DNA of 64,000 nt. Origin: Zygnema circumcarinatum SAG 698-1b (taxonomy: Eukaryota; Plantae; Zygnematophyceae). Shown piece by piece: positions 1 through 24,084 of this stretch. How positions within the stretch are numbered: the stretch's first letter is position 1; each line of letters opens with the position of its first letter. The stretch lies in contig CM074812.1 of assembly GCA_037447605.1 (NCBI GenBank), positions 2,604,001 to 2,668,000 on the forward strand. Reading direction: 5' to 3'. The notes under the pieces were generated by a model, which worked only from the letters and a program-made list of their open reading frames with translations, was not told where the DNA came from and did no database searches. Made by a program: the position numbers and the translations under genes.

Positions 1-400
1 GAGAAGCCGGATAGAGGATGAGGGAGGGAAGGAGGGGGAGCGAGAGGGAACCTTATAAGGGGAGGAAAGGAGGGAAATGGGGGGAAAGGACATTGAGTGA
101 ATGAGAAGGATGTTAAAGAGGGAGATGTAGACGAGAGAGGAGTAGTCAGGAAGAGAAAAAGTGCAAGAACGAGGTGTGGGAGGGGTAGGGAGTGAGCTAT
201 AGAGAGTGTGCGAGCAGAGAGTGGGAGAGAGCCGGGAGAGTAGGGAGGGAGTCGAGGAGGGAGGGGGAGAGAGAGTGCAGGTAAGGAGAGGGGTGGGTTT
301 GAGAGTAGGGGAGAGATGAAACATATCCAAAAGTGTATTTCATAAAAGAAAAATAGAAAATAAAAGATTGAAAAAGAAATGCGAAATGTATCGGACGTAG

Positions 401-12455
<12,055 letters not shown>

Positions 12456-13483
12456 AGAGTTTGAGAGAGAAGAAGAGAGAGGGGTGGAAGAGAAAGAGAG
12501 AGCGAGAGAGAGAGAGGGAGAGAGAGTGGGAGAGAGAGAGAGAGCGGAGAGTGTGGGAGTGATTTACTAGGATCCTCTGATAAGGGATGTTGTATTATCG
12601 CTAGGCACGGGAAATGAAGGATGGAAACTTGGACTTTACATGCATCCTCTCTGTTCTCCGTTCTGTGCCGTCTCCAGTCGTGTTCGCTGATCTCCTTTTC
12701 CATGTGGCCTTCGTGTCGGCTAGAACTGATTCTGTATTACTGACACATGTATCCCCCCTTTCTCCCCCCATCCCCTTTCCCCTCTCCCTTCCTTCCCCCC
12801 TCCCTCTCCGCCCTCCCTCCCTCCCTCCCCCATCCCTCCCCTTCTTTCCCTCGGCCCCCTCCNNNNNNNNNNCCCCGTCCCTTCCCCCCCTCCCTCTCCG
12901 CCCTCCCTCCCTCCCTCCCCTCCCTCCCTCCCTCCCCTCCCTCCCCACCCTTCTTATTTGGTTCCCTGATGATGATGACTGTTTTCCTCAAATGCATTTT
13001 TACGCGGTATTCTACGTTGGAATTTTTTTTTTTTGGTAGAAGTAATGAAGAAATTGCATTTGTCTGCAAACTGTTTGGGGTACTCCCATGCACGAGGAGC
13101 AGATCAGTAAATGTGGAGGACGTGTGACAGTTCTATGTGCACTGTGCTGTTGGGGGCGTGAAGGTAAAACTGCATTTACATCAAAGGGATCGGTGCAGAG
13201 AGAGAGAGAAAGAAGGCGCCGAGAAAGGAGGGAAAGGGAGGGGGGTTAGAGAATGGGGACATGGATGGGAGGGATGGGGCGGTGTTATTCCATGGGCTGC
13301 CATGCCATGCCACACCATCCCATGGCACACCATGCCATGCTATGCAATGCCATGTCATGCGATGGCGCACATCGCTACGATCATTGCCAGAGCGCTTCTC
13401 TTTAGTTAACGGTTGGTTCCTTATGGTTCAACCGCCATGTTGTTGTTGTTGTTATTGAACATGGTGTCTCAGGGCACCATCAC

Positions 13484-14150
13484 TCGTACACGTAAGCAGA
13501 CATCCGTACTTATTCATTCATGTCCGTACATGTGGTGTAGGTGTACGGATTGTTTGTTCCTTCTATCCTATCAGGAAAAATATTTGTAGGGAAAAAACGG
13601 AAAATGCTATTTTCACATCTTTTGTCTAGATGCACACCTTTTTTCGCCGGTCAGATTTTATCTAGGGTTTTTAGGGTATTAAGGGTAATTTTTATAAAAA
13701 AGATGTGTATCTAGACAAAAAGGGTGTGTAATAGTGACTCCCAAAAATATATATTTGTGTTATGAACACATGCCCCTGGACTGTCTCAGCCAATGAAAAG
13801 TCTTTATTTTAAAATAAAGCCAATAAGATAATGACACGTGTACAATTGAGCCACGTGGCACTCTTGATTTGTCCTTAGAAAATTTTCAAAGTCAAGACCA
13901 CTCCAAATGGGGTGCCACGTGGCGGCTACCATTGGCTCTCACATTGGCTTTTTTCTCCACGTCATGATGTCCGTACATTTAGTTCTTTTTCGACCTTCCG
14001 TACAATATACCTTTTGGCATCCGTACATTGTCGTTTCTGCTCTGTACAGTCCATGCAGACCGTACATATTACCGTACAGTTGTACGAATCATTCAAAATT
14101 TGGGGTCCTGAATGCTCCCGCCATCCCCAACCGACCAATCAGAGAGCCGA
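13484..14150. promoter_or_regulatory. Upstream region of the split-barrel gene with a GTAC cluster, G-boxes and CCAAT boxes
   Basis: About 12 GTAC cores, most as CCGTAC/CGTAC, 7 of them in 13970-14090. G-boxes at about 13835, 13851 and 13915; CCAAT-N10-CACG at 13820-13838; further CCAAT/ATTGG boxes. Confidence 0.6.
13607..13734. mobile_element. Small imperfect inverted-repeat element (MITE-like remnant)
   Basis: Arm 13607-13644 (ctattttcacatcttttgtctagatgcacacctttttt) is the approximate reverse complement of arm 13696-13734, around a 51-bp spacer. No target-site duplication was found. Confidence 0.45.
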
Positions 14151-14860
14151 AAATTTTTAACAGTTCCATGTGAACCACCGTTGAAAGACTGTCACATGTA
14201 TACAGAAACATAGAAATTCGTCACTGGACGCGATTTTCTGCATTTTAAATGGAACTGCAGCATGTGAAAGAGTAGAGGCGAACGGAACAGCGTTGGCGCA
14301 TGGAGCGGCGACGCGGACTCGCCCTCGGCACGAGCGTGGCAGGCAGAAAAGATGCCGCGGGGGATCTGAGGGAGGGAGGGATCTGGAGGGAGGGAGAGGG
14401 AGAGACGGAGAGGGAGAGGGAGGTAAGGAGAGAAAGACGTAGGGAGGTAGGGGGAGAGGGAGAGGGAAAGAGGAGAGAGGGAGAGGGGGAGAGGCGGAGA
14501 GGGGGAGACGGGGAGAGGCGGAGAGGGGAGTGGGAGAAAAGGAGGGAGCAAGAGAGGGAGAGAGGGGAGTGGGAGAGGAGGGAGGGAGAGGGGCGTGGAG
14601 AGGGAGAGGGAGAGAGGAGAGGGAGAGGAGGGAGTGGGAGAGGGAGAGGGAGAGGAGAGAGGGAGAGGGAGAGAGGAGAGTGAAGTGGGTCAAAGGAAGG
14701 AGAGAGGAAGGCGACAATACTGAGAGGGAAAGGCAGCGAGCTTAAGAGCAAAGGCGGAGAGACAGGGAGGGGGAGGAAGAGAGAGAGAGAGGGAGAGACA
14801 GATCGAGGGAGAGATAGAGAGAGGCTGGCCGTCCGTGCATGAGGCCGTGAGAGTGGCGCC

Positions 14861-17800
14861 ATGGCGAGCTGCCTCCCTCCGTCCTCCTCCCTCTCCCGCG
14901 CAGGTCCGCGCTCTCTTCCCTTCTGCTTCTTCGAAGATTTCCGCCAAAAAATATTTTTAGGGTTGTGGGTTTTTTTTTATTGGGGTTCTTAGACCCCTCA
15001 AAACCCTAAAAACCCTTTCTGCTGCCTTGTGCCAGTCGCTGATTGCACGCCTGCCACGTGGCAGTCGTAGATTTAAGTTTGCCACGTGGCAGTGTTTGGT
15101 CTCGTACCTGCCACGTGGCAGACGTGGGTGCACAGCTGTCACCTGGCCTTGATCTGAAAAAACTGCCTGTTGCCACGTGGCAACAGTCCATTGGTGCTCC
15201 CGTGACACCTGGCAGCCCGAGACTCCGTTTTGGATGTTCTGCTGCCACGCGGCAGCTCTTAGAAGCGGTGGACACGTGGCAGCTTCTGGTTGGCTGCATG
15301 TCGATCAGCTTTCTTGAAAATCCTGCTGCCGCGTGGCAAACTTCAAATCCTGACACGTGGCAGCAGGCAGCCAACCGACTGAATCCACGTGTCCACCCCT
15401 TCGGGTTTCTCTGCTTTTTAGGGTTTTAGGGTGGTAGGGTTTTGAGTTTTGTAAGCCTTTGGTATTTTGGATTTTCGTGGGTTTGTAAGTTTTTTGCGGT
15501 TTTTTTGGTGGGGTTTCCTGCCGCCTCCTCACCCCCTCTCCTCTCTCTCCCGCTCTCCCCCTCTCCCTCTCTCTCTCTTCCTCTCTCTCTCTCCCACTCA
15601 CTCTCCCTCTTTCCCTCTCTCCCTGCCTCCCTTTCCTCTCGCTCCCTCTCTCCCTCTCTCCACCTCTCCTTTCCCCCTCTCTCCCTCTCTCCACCTCTCC
15701 TTTCCCCCTCTCTCCCTCTCTCCTCTTCCTCTCTCCCTCTCTCCCTTCCCCCTCTCGTCCTCTCCCTTCCCCCTCTCTCCCTCTCTCCCTTCCCCCTCTC
15801 TCCATCTCTCTCTCTCTCCCTCTCCCCTTCTCTCCCCATCTCTCCATCTCTCTCCCTCCACATCTCACCCTCTCTCTCCTCCCCTCTCCCCTTCCTCTCC
15901 CCCCTCTCCTCTCCCTCTCTCCTCTCCCCCTCTCCGCTCTCCCGCCCTCTCTCCCCCTCTCCCTCTTTCTCCCCCTCTCCCTCCCTCTCTCTCTCTCCCC
16001 TTCTCTCCCCCTCTCTCCATCTCTCTCCCTTCACATCTCCCCCTCTCGCTCCTCCAACTCCCCTCCCTCTCTCCCCTCTCCCTCTCTCCTTCTCCCCATC
16101 TCATCCCTTACAACAACCCTTTCCCACAATCTCAACCCCTTCACACTTCCCCACCTCGATGTCCCTGACCCATCCCATCGACCCGTTCCATGTGCGCAGA
16201 GTTACAGTCGTGGGGAACGGTAAACTGTCCCCAAGCGGGCGCATGTGCACGCGACGGAAGCGGAGGGGCGCGCAGTCGGAGTCCCGTTAGGGTTCAGTGG
16301 CCGCCCTTCGCCTCGAAGTACGGACTAGGGTTCAGCGCCGCGCTAGAGGACAGGCGGCCGCGGAAGTGGGGAAACAGGGCGGCGGATTTGTCGGTTCTGC
16401 AGGGAAGGTGGGCGCTCTGACATGGGGAATGGGGAATGGGGGATGGAAGGGCAGGGTTTGAAGGGGCGAGTGAGGGAGAGGGGGAGGGGAAGGGAGGGAG
16501 GGAGGGAGGGAGGGAGGGAGGGAGAGTGGGAGAGAGGGAGGGAGGGAGGGAGGAAAGAGAGGGAGGGAGGGGGGAAAGAGTGAGGGGGAGAAAGAGGGAG
16601 GGGGCAGGGAGTGAGGGAGGATGGAAGGAAGCCGGGGAGGGAGTGAGGATGAGGGAGTTGGTTGAGAGGGGTTGAGAATGACAGAAGGCGAGAGGGNNNN
16701 NNNNNNGCTGAGGTCAGCACCTGCGTGACGTGACAGTTCTGTGTGATGGTGGTTGTGGAGGGGGGGGGAGAGGGAGATGGAGAGGGAGAGGGAGAGGGAG
16801 AGGGAGAGAGTGGAGAGGGAGAGGGAGCGGGAGAGAGAGGGAGAGGGAGAGGGAGGGAGAGAGAGAGAGGGAGAGGGAGAGGGAGAGAGAGGGAGAGGGA
16901 GAGGGAGAGGGAGAGGGAGAGTTGGGACGGAACGGGGTGAAATGGAACGCTATGATGCATGGAGAAAGATGCCATATTTTTTTCCGCCCCTTTTTTTGAT
17001 TTTTGAAGATATAGTTCAACCTTAGTGTGATAAGGGTTTGCATAAGCCTAGGGGGATTGTTTTTTTTTTATTATTTTTTTCTATGTCATGCATGGGATGG
17101 CATGTGTCATGTCAAGATGATGTGGAACATGCTGATGCATGGCCGGCGATGTCATGTCACGTTGCAGGTCCATGTGGACGGGATCGTGTTTGCTTCCGTT
17201 GTGCGCGACGAAAATGCAATTTTGGGGACAGATGCGAACTATCTCGTGGACCCAAATGGAGGTATTATTCCTCCAGAGTTTTTAAGAATTTGAATTAAAA
17301 TTAAATTTTAAGAATTTAAATTTCTTGACTTTTACAATTTTTATTATATCTTGTTACACATTTATTTTTCTTATAATTATTTTTGATATTACTGTTTTTT
17401 GTATCATGTTCATTAGCATTTTTTTCTTACAATTGAATTGCGACTTCTATTATTCTTGGTGGTTTACTTTTTTGTTTATTTTTAAACAAAGTGTTGATAC
17501 TGTAACTTTGCCTTATGAAAAAGTAAAAAAATCTTAATTTTCATTGTTGGCCGAAGCAGAATTGTTTTTGGAGCTCGATGACGGCGATGAATTTTTGCAG
17601 AACCTGCAAAACGATCAAACCTGCTCTGTAAGTGGAGAGGCTGCCTCCCACCCTTTGCCTCTCCTCCTCCCTCCCTCCATTCCTCTCCTCGCCTCTCCTC
17701 CCTCTCTCCTCCCCTCTCCTCCCTCTCTCCTCCCCTCTCCTCCCTCTCTCCTTCCCTCTCTCCTTCCCTCTCCTCCCCTCTCCTCCCTCTCTCCTTCCCT

Positions 17801-20800
17801 CGCCTCTCCTCTCCTCCCCTCTCTTCCCCTCTCCCTCTCTCCTCCCCTCTCCTCCCCTCTCCTCCCCTCTCCTCCCCTCTCCTCCCCTCTCCCCCCTCTC
17901 TCCTCCTTGCCCTCCTCTCGCCTCTCTCCTCTCCCTCTTCCCCTTTCCTCGACTCCCCTTCTCTCTTCGATTTCCTTCTCACTATCATTTCTCCTGCACT
18001 CCTCTCCTCTCCTTTCCCCTCGCCTTTCTCATTCTTCCTTACACTCCTCTCTTCTCTCCCCTCTCCTCGTCCCCTTTTCTCTCCTCCTCCCTCCTCTTTT
18101 TGATTTCCTTCCTCTCTCTCTTTTTCCCTCCCTTCCTCTCTCCACTCTCCTCTCCTCTATCCCCAATCCTCTCTTCATTACTCTGAGAAAGATGGGTTTA
18201 TTCGTCCATTGCTTGCTAACTGATTTTAATACTTAATATCAAAATACTTAATCCTGTCCTCTAATTGTTCATGTGCAGATTTTAATTGGCTTTGGAAAGA
18301 TGGATGATGTCTCTCTCTCTGAGCTCATAGAGGAGGTAGATGAGGGAGATGAGGAGAGGAGAGACGGTCCTGATGCGGTAGAGGAGGAGGAGACTATTAC
18401 AGAGGAAGACCTCAAGGTGAGAAGAAGACTCCCTCCCCTCTCCCTCCCTTCCCCTCTCTCCCTCTTCCTTTTCGACCCCTTTTTCACCCTCTCCCTCCTC
18501 TACCTCCTCTCACTTCCCCCTTCCCCCCTCCCTTCTGCCCCCTCCCCCTTGCCCCCTCCTCCTCCACCCCCTCTGACCCCCTCTCTCCCTCGCCCCCCCT
18601 CCCTCTACCTCTCTCCCTCTCTCTCTTTCTCTCTTTTTTCCCCACTCTCCCTCCTTTACCTTCCACTTGCCCCCTCCCTCCTGCCCCCTGCCCTCTGCCC
18701 CCTGCCGCCTCCCCCTCCTCCTCCCCCTCCTCCCTCCTCCTCCCCCTCCTCCCTCTCTCTGACCCCCTCTCTCCCTCTCCCTCTCCCTCCCCCTCTCTCC
18801 CTCTCCCTCAGCTGTGGCGAGAGCAGTTTCCCGGCGGTCTGAGCGAGATGATGGAGACGATGTCCCCCGAGGCGATGGGCTCTTTGGGCGCGTGGGGGGG
18901 GCCCGAAACCCTAAAGTGGGTCCACCCCTGGGAGTTCGCCGCAAGGCTGGCGGAGGTAGAGGCTCTCTCTCTCTCTCTCTCTCCCTCTCTCTCTCTCTCT
19001 TTCTTTTTCTCTCTCTCTCTCTCACTCTCTCTTTCGTTCTCTTTCCCTTTTCATCTCTCTCTTTCTACCTCTTTGTCTGTGTCGTCTCTTCTCTCTCTCA
19101 TTAAACGAGTATATACATATTTGTTTGTTTGTTCTATCTCTCTTTCTTCCCTCTATCTCTCTCTCTGTCTGTCTGTCTGTCTTCTCTTCTCTCTCTTTGA
19201 ATGAGTATGTATATATTTTTTTGTTCTCTCTTTCTCTCTTTCTTTTTTCCCTCTTTCTCCCTCTCTCTCCCTCCCCCTCTATCTCAGTCTCTGTCTCCTC
19301 TTCTCTCTCTATTTGAATGTAAACTTATGCATATATATATATATTTAATTAGCAATCATTTCTTCATGCGCAACCATTCCAACCCACCCTCACCTCACCC
19401 TCTCCCTCTCCCTCCTCTCCCCTTTCCTTATCTTTATTCTAAAGGCTGTGGTAGCGGACTATAGTCGGGAGATGGATTTTCCGACAAAAAGACTCATCAT
19501 TACTGGAGTGGTTAGGAGAGCCACGGAAGATGAAGAGAGGCGAATTAGAGACCTTTGGGACGACAGATTTTCAGATTGTGAATCAGATTCCGAAGAAATA
19601 TTTTCAGATTCCGAAGATTTGGGGCCTCGGTTGCTTCCGGTCGATATAAAGGGAGGAGTCGGAAAGAGTACTCCGCGAAAAGATTCGAAAGGAGTAGTGA
19701 GAGCGGGAGTGTGGATGGGAGAGCCGATAAAGCCACGTTCTAAAAGGGGCGAAAAAAGTGATAAAATGGGGGGGGAGGAGGGGGGAGCGGAGAGGAGGAA
19801 GAATGGGAAGGAGGTAGTGAGTAAGAATGGGAAGATGGAGAGGGAGAAGGAGAGGGAGAGGGAGAGGGAGGAGGTGGAAGCGAGTCGTTCGAGAGATGAA
19901 GTGAGAGGAGATGGAGAGGGAGAGGGAGAGGGAGGGAAGCTGAAAGACAGGAAGGGGGAGAAGGAAATGGAAAAGGAGAAGGAGAGAGAGGGAGAGGCCA
20001 ATGTTAGTACTACTGATGTCAATATTGAAGCGAATAATGGGGGACTTGAAACGTGGGAGGGTGAAGAGGCTATTGGAATTCGAGTAGTGGGAGAGGAGGG
20101 GACTCTTCAATGGAGTATTAGTAACCACGATGGAAGTATGATGGTAGAGGGGTCACATGGAGAGGGAGTGGTAAGGTTTGGGGAGTTGGAAGACGGAACT
20201 ATTATCGACATTCCGATAAGAAGTGGGTGGCAGGGAGACAGTGATTGGGAGGAGGGAGAGGAAATTGGGGCATCGCTTTATAAGGTGGAAATTTTGAGCA
20301 TTCAGTTGGACAGTACTTCGGGAATTCAGGTTAGTTCTTTGCTTGTTCTTCCCCTCCCTTTCCATTGCGTTGCTTATGTGCGAACCTTCATACAGTCGTC
20401 CATACATACCCGTATTTTTGCAATGAAAAATATATACTATACTATATATATATTAACCCCAAACCCCTAAACCCTGAACCCTAAACCTTAAACCCTAGCC
20501 CTAAACCCTAAACCCTAACCCTAAACCTTAAACCCTTACCCTAAACCCCAAACCCTAAACCCTAAACCCCAAACCCTAACCCCCAAACTCTAACCCTATA
20601 CCCTTACCCCTAAACCCTAAACCCTAAACCTTAAACCCCAAACCCTGAAGCCTGAACCCTAATCCCTAAACCCTTAACCCTAGCCCCTAAACCCTGAACC
20701 ATAAACCTTAAACTCTAACCCTAAACCCTAAACTCTAAACCCTAACCGCTAAACCCCAACCCCTAAACCCGAAACCCTAAACCCTAAACCCTAAATAATA

Positions 20801-21956
20801 AATATAAATATGTATATATTTTGTGTAGATGTTTACAACAAGGGGTGAGGATGAATGAACAGGAAAGCGTGGAAGTGTCCGCATGGAGCGCGGCCCGCCC
20901 GGACATGTTAGCGCACACCGCACCGAGCATCATGGAACGCGCAAACCAGTTGGACCGCGCAAAGCAGTGCATGGCGGAACTCTGCCTCAGGGAGAGAGGG
21001 GTCGCAGTCGATGTGAGTGGAGATGAGGGAGGGATGGGGAGGGAGGGAGGGAGGGAACTCTCTTCCCTCCTATCACTTTCTCCCCTCGACCCCTCTTCCT
21101 AGAGGGCCGATGGAGGGAGGGAGGGATGGATGGATGGGGAGGGCGGGAGGGAGGGAGGGAGGGATAGATGGATGGGAAGGGAGGGAGGAAGGGAGGGAGG
21201 GAGGGAGGTAGGGAGGGATGGATGGAGGGAGGGAGGGATGGATGGATGGTGATAATGGGGATGATGATGAGGATGATGACGATGATGATGGGTGGATGCT
21301 GGATGCATGGGGATGGGTGGTGATGAGGATGATGTGGGGATGATGGTGATGGTGATGTATGGCAATCATGTCAGAGCACCATTTTCCTGCTTTGTGGAAT
21401 TTCTGTGCGTACGTTTCCGTCGCTAATTGAAAGACTGGTCGTCTTTTTGTAACATGAATCGTGAAGACTTCTTATTGTATATCTCACGAAAGACCTGTAA
21501 AGGGTGGAAGACCTTTTTTATGTGCAGGAGGTTTCTATGGTCGGAATTGATCACTTGGGAATCGACCTCCGCATTCGACTCGGAATCGAGTTGAGCACTT
21601 TGCGGTTTCCATTTCTTCATCCGGTAAGTTTCTTATATTTGGAAGGGAAATAGTTTCAAAAAATGGGCAAAAAAAGAAGAAGAGTGGGTGTGAGATTGCT
21701 TCCAGGTGGGATTTGTGACCCTAACCCTAACCCTAACCCTAACCCTAACCCTAACCCTAACCCTAACCTTACCCAACAGTATGGGGTTAATGTATGTGTG
21801 TGTTTCCATGTGGGGTTTTGGGTTCAGGCTACAACGGAGAGAGCTGCAGAGAAACTGTTGGACGAGCTGCTCCGTCCAAGGCAGATTCAAGCATGGAAAT
21901 CAGTTAAACGGAACCGTCAGCCAAAACGATTTAAAGGACGATATCAGCCCATGTGA
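14861..21956 (+). CDS. At3g49140/At3g59300-like FMN/haem-binding split-barrel (pyridoxamine 5'-phosphate oxidase/HugZ-related) protein, probably plastid-targeted
   Basis: Exons 14861-14903, 16200-16407, one exon mostly hidden in gap 16697-16706 (ends gctgag|gtcagc), 17168-17261, 17560-17627, 18279-18416, 18812-18955, 19445-20329, 20863-21012, 21528-21623, 21828-21956. Motifs YLVDPNGELFL, ILIGFG, LGAWGGPETLKWVHPWEFAARLAE, LYKVEILSIQL, ARPDMLAH, EVSMVGIDHLGIDLR and LRFPF match this plant family as I recall it. The two 5' exons are less certain. Confidence 0.82.
15050..15395. promoter_or_regulatory. Intronic array of G-box/ABRE-like palindromes
   Basis: Perfect TGCCACGTGGCA at 15052, 15080, 15109 and 15171; GACACGTGGC at 15271 and 15352; CCACGTGT at about 15386; variants TGCCACGCGGCA at 15243 and TGCCGCGTGGCA at 15327. 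All lie in predicted intron 1. Confidence 0.7.
20455..20795. repeat. Degenerate telomere-like (CCCTAAA)n intronic array
   Basis: About 340 bp of ccctaaa/ccttaaa/ccctaa variants. Confidence 0.9.
21719..21766. repeat. Perfect (CCCTAA)8 array (TTAGGG-type)
   Basis: 8 exact hexamers in the last intron of the split-barrel gene. Confidence 0.95.
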
Positions 21957-23398
21957 AGGGTGGGAGAGGGAGTGGGAGAAGGAGAGGGAGAGGGAGAGGT
22001 AAAGGGAGAGGGAGAGGTAAAGGGAGAGGGAGATGGAGAGGGATGGCGTGTGAGTGTGAATATATATACGTGTAGAGAGGTGAAAGGAGGAGAGGGGGGA
22101 AGTGAGGATGGAAGGGAACGAGACTGAACGGAAACTGTGACTGGAATATAGAGCGTCAGGGGATGCGTAACAGCAAACGGTACGAGAACATGGAACAATG
22201 GAATCTGGTAAAAGGACGGAAGGAGAAAAAAAAAAAAAAAAACAGAAAATGGAAGGAGGTGTAGTTTTATAGGAAGTGGTGTTTCTGCCTTTCTTTTTGA
22301 CATAGAGAGAGGTTGGCATTCAAGAATTCCTCTCCCTCTCCCCGGATCCCTCTCCCTCTCCCTCTCCCTCTCCCTCTCCCTCTCCCCTCTCTTCCTACTT
22401 CTCTTCAAACCCTAAACCTAGAAATTAGAAGCCGGAAACTAGAACCCAGACCAACCGTGAAACTGAAAACCATAGTAGACCAAAATTCGGAAACCAGAAC
22501 CCAAAAAACGAAAACTGGAACTGAGAATTCTCTGAAGCCCTTCTTCCTATTGAAGGTCAGCACATGGAGGTTAGTTCGAGTGGTTGAACAAAGGGAGGAG
22601 GGGTTCTATGTGGGGGGGACAGATTAGAAGGAAAAAGGGAGGAGGGAAATATGTGGTGAAGAAAAGGGGGTGAAGGGGTGAAGGTAAGGTAGAAAGAACT
22701 TGTTGGTGGCCACATGGTGAGAGAGCGAGGGGGAGAGGGAGAGAGTGAAAGAGTGTTGAAAGAGAGAAAAGAGGGGGGGAGCGAGAGAGAGAGAGAGGGA
22801 GAGAGAGAGAGAGAGAGACACAGAGAGAGAGAGAGAGAGAAAGAGAGAAAGAGAGAGAGAGAAAGGTGATGAGGGAGAGAGAGAGAGGGGGGGATATGGG
22901 ATTGGGAGTGGTTTGGGAGCGAGAGGAAGATAGATTCGGAATCAGAACAAGTACAGGTCAAAAGTTATCATTCCTTTTCTGGAATATGATTTCTTTGGCA
23001 TAGCACTTACAATGTATTGATTTCATTTCGACTTAATTTCTTCTTTTGTTTTATATTTTTTTCACTTTTTTTATGCAAGTGTATTTTGCAGTTCTGCTTT
23101 GGATTTGATCTCTAATTTTGGATTTCCCCTTTTTTAATTGTAGCGCTGGAACTAAAACTCGGATTTTAGGATTTTTAGGGTTTTGAGGATTTTATTCTTC
23201 CTTTTATGGAAAATGGGGTAAACTTGATAAACCCTTTTCCTTGGGTAACGAAAAATTGGTAAATTGGAACTGGAAATAGTCTTCATCAATTTTTGTAAGA
23301 AATTTTCCTAAACCTTAAGACGTCCCATTAATTTGACCCAAAAAAAAAAGGTATATTTTTTGGCATCGTTAGAACCCAAAGTGGACCCATAAATAGTT

Positions 23399-23534
23399 CA
23401 CAGGTCGAGTCATTGGATCAACCATTGCGATGGTTGCCAACCATTCGATTCAATGGTTGCCAACCATTGGATCGGCCAACCATGGCCATCCAATGGTTGA
23501 TCCAATGGTTGCTGATCCAATGATCTGACCTGTG
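23399..23534. repeat. Fold-back element (136 bp) with 22-bp terminal inverted repeats and internal palindromes
   Basis: Arm 23399-23420 cacaggtcgagtcattggatca pairs with 23513-23534 tgatccaatgatctgacctgtg at 19/22 positions. The interior holds atggttgccaaccat twice and several ccaatgg/ccattgg units. Confidence 0.7.
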
Positions 23535-24084
23535 CAATAGCTTGAACCTTCGACTCCACAAAAAATGGTAATTTGAAAGTTTTAGAAAGAAAATTATAGG
23601 ACACAAATATCCCCTTTCGCCTGGTCATGAACCCTAAAAAAAAAAAACCCTAGACACCATTCCAAAGCTCTTAAACTTCCCTTAAACTTCCCATTAAACC
23701 GTTTTTAAAAGCGTTAAACCTGAAACATTTTCCGTGGCCAGTAACTTGTCTGTATATATGCACAGAGGTTCAACCAGTAACCACAGAGGTTCAACCAGTA
23801 ACCCTAAACCCTCATAGTTTTAAAAGCCCAAAATCTTATCCTGGATAGTCTTAAACCCTAAACCCTAAACCCTAAACCTTAAACCTTCATAGGGGCCTTA
23901 CATATGCACAACGGGCAAGCCCTAAACCCTAAAGCTTGGTAACCATTCAAAACAGTACTCCTTCAAGTTCGAGAAAAAAAATGATGGGGCGTAAGAAAAA
24001 AACCTATCTCGCCCAAAAGTGATCGAAGCACTCTGTCTTCGCGTTGTAAATTCAATTCTCGGTTTTTTTTTTTTTTGAAGAATT

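Noticed and set aside
14839-14850. Minimal uORF (MRP*) before the split-barrel ATG, and a 38-codon uORF at 40670-40786
   Set aside because: The TSS positions are unknown and such short ORFs are expected by chance.
15006-15429. ORFs across the G-box array (CHV/ATW/PRG repeats)
   Set aside because: The peptide repeats come from the palindrome and appear on both strands. Exon 14861-14903 already joins 16200 in phase.
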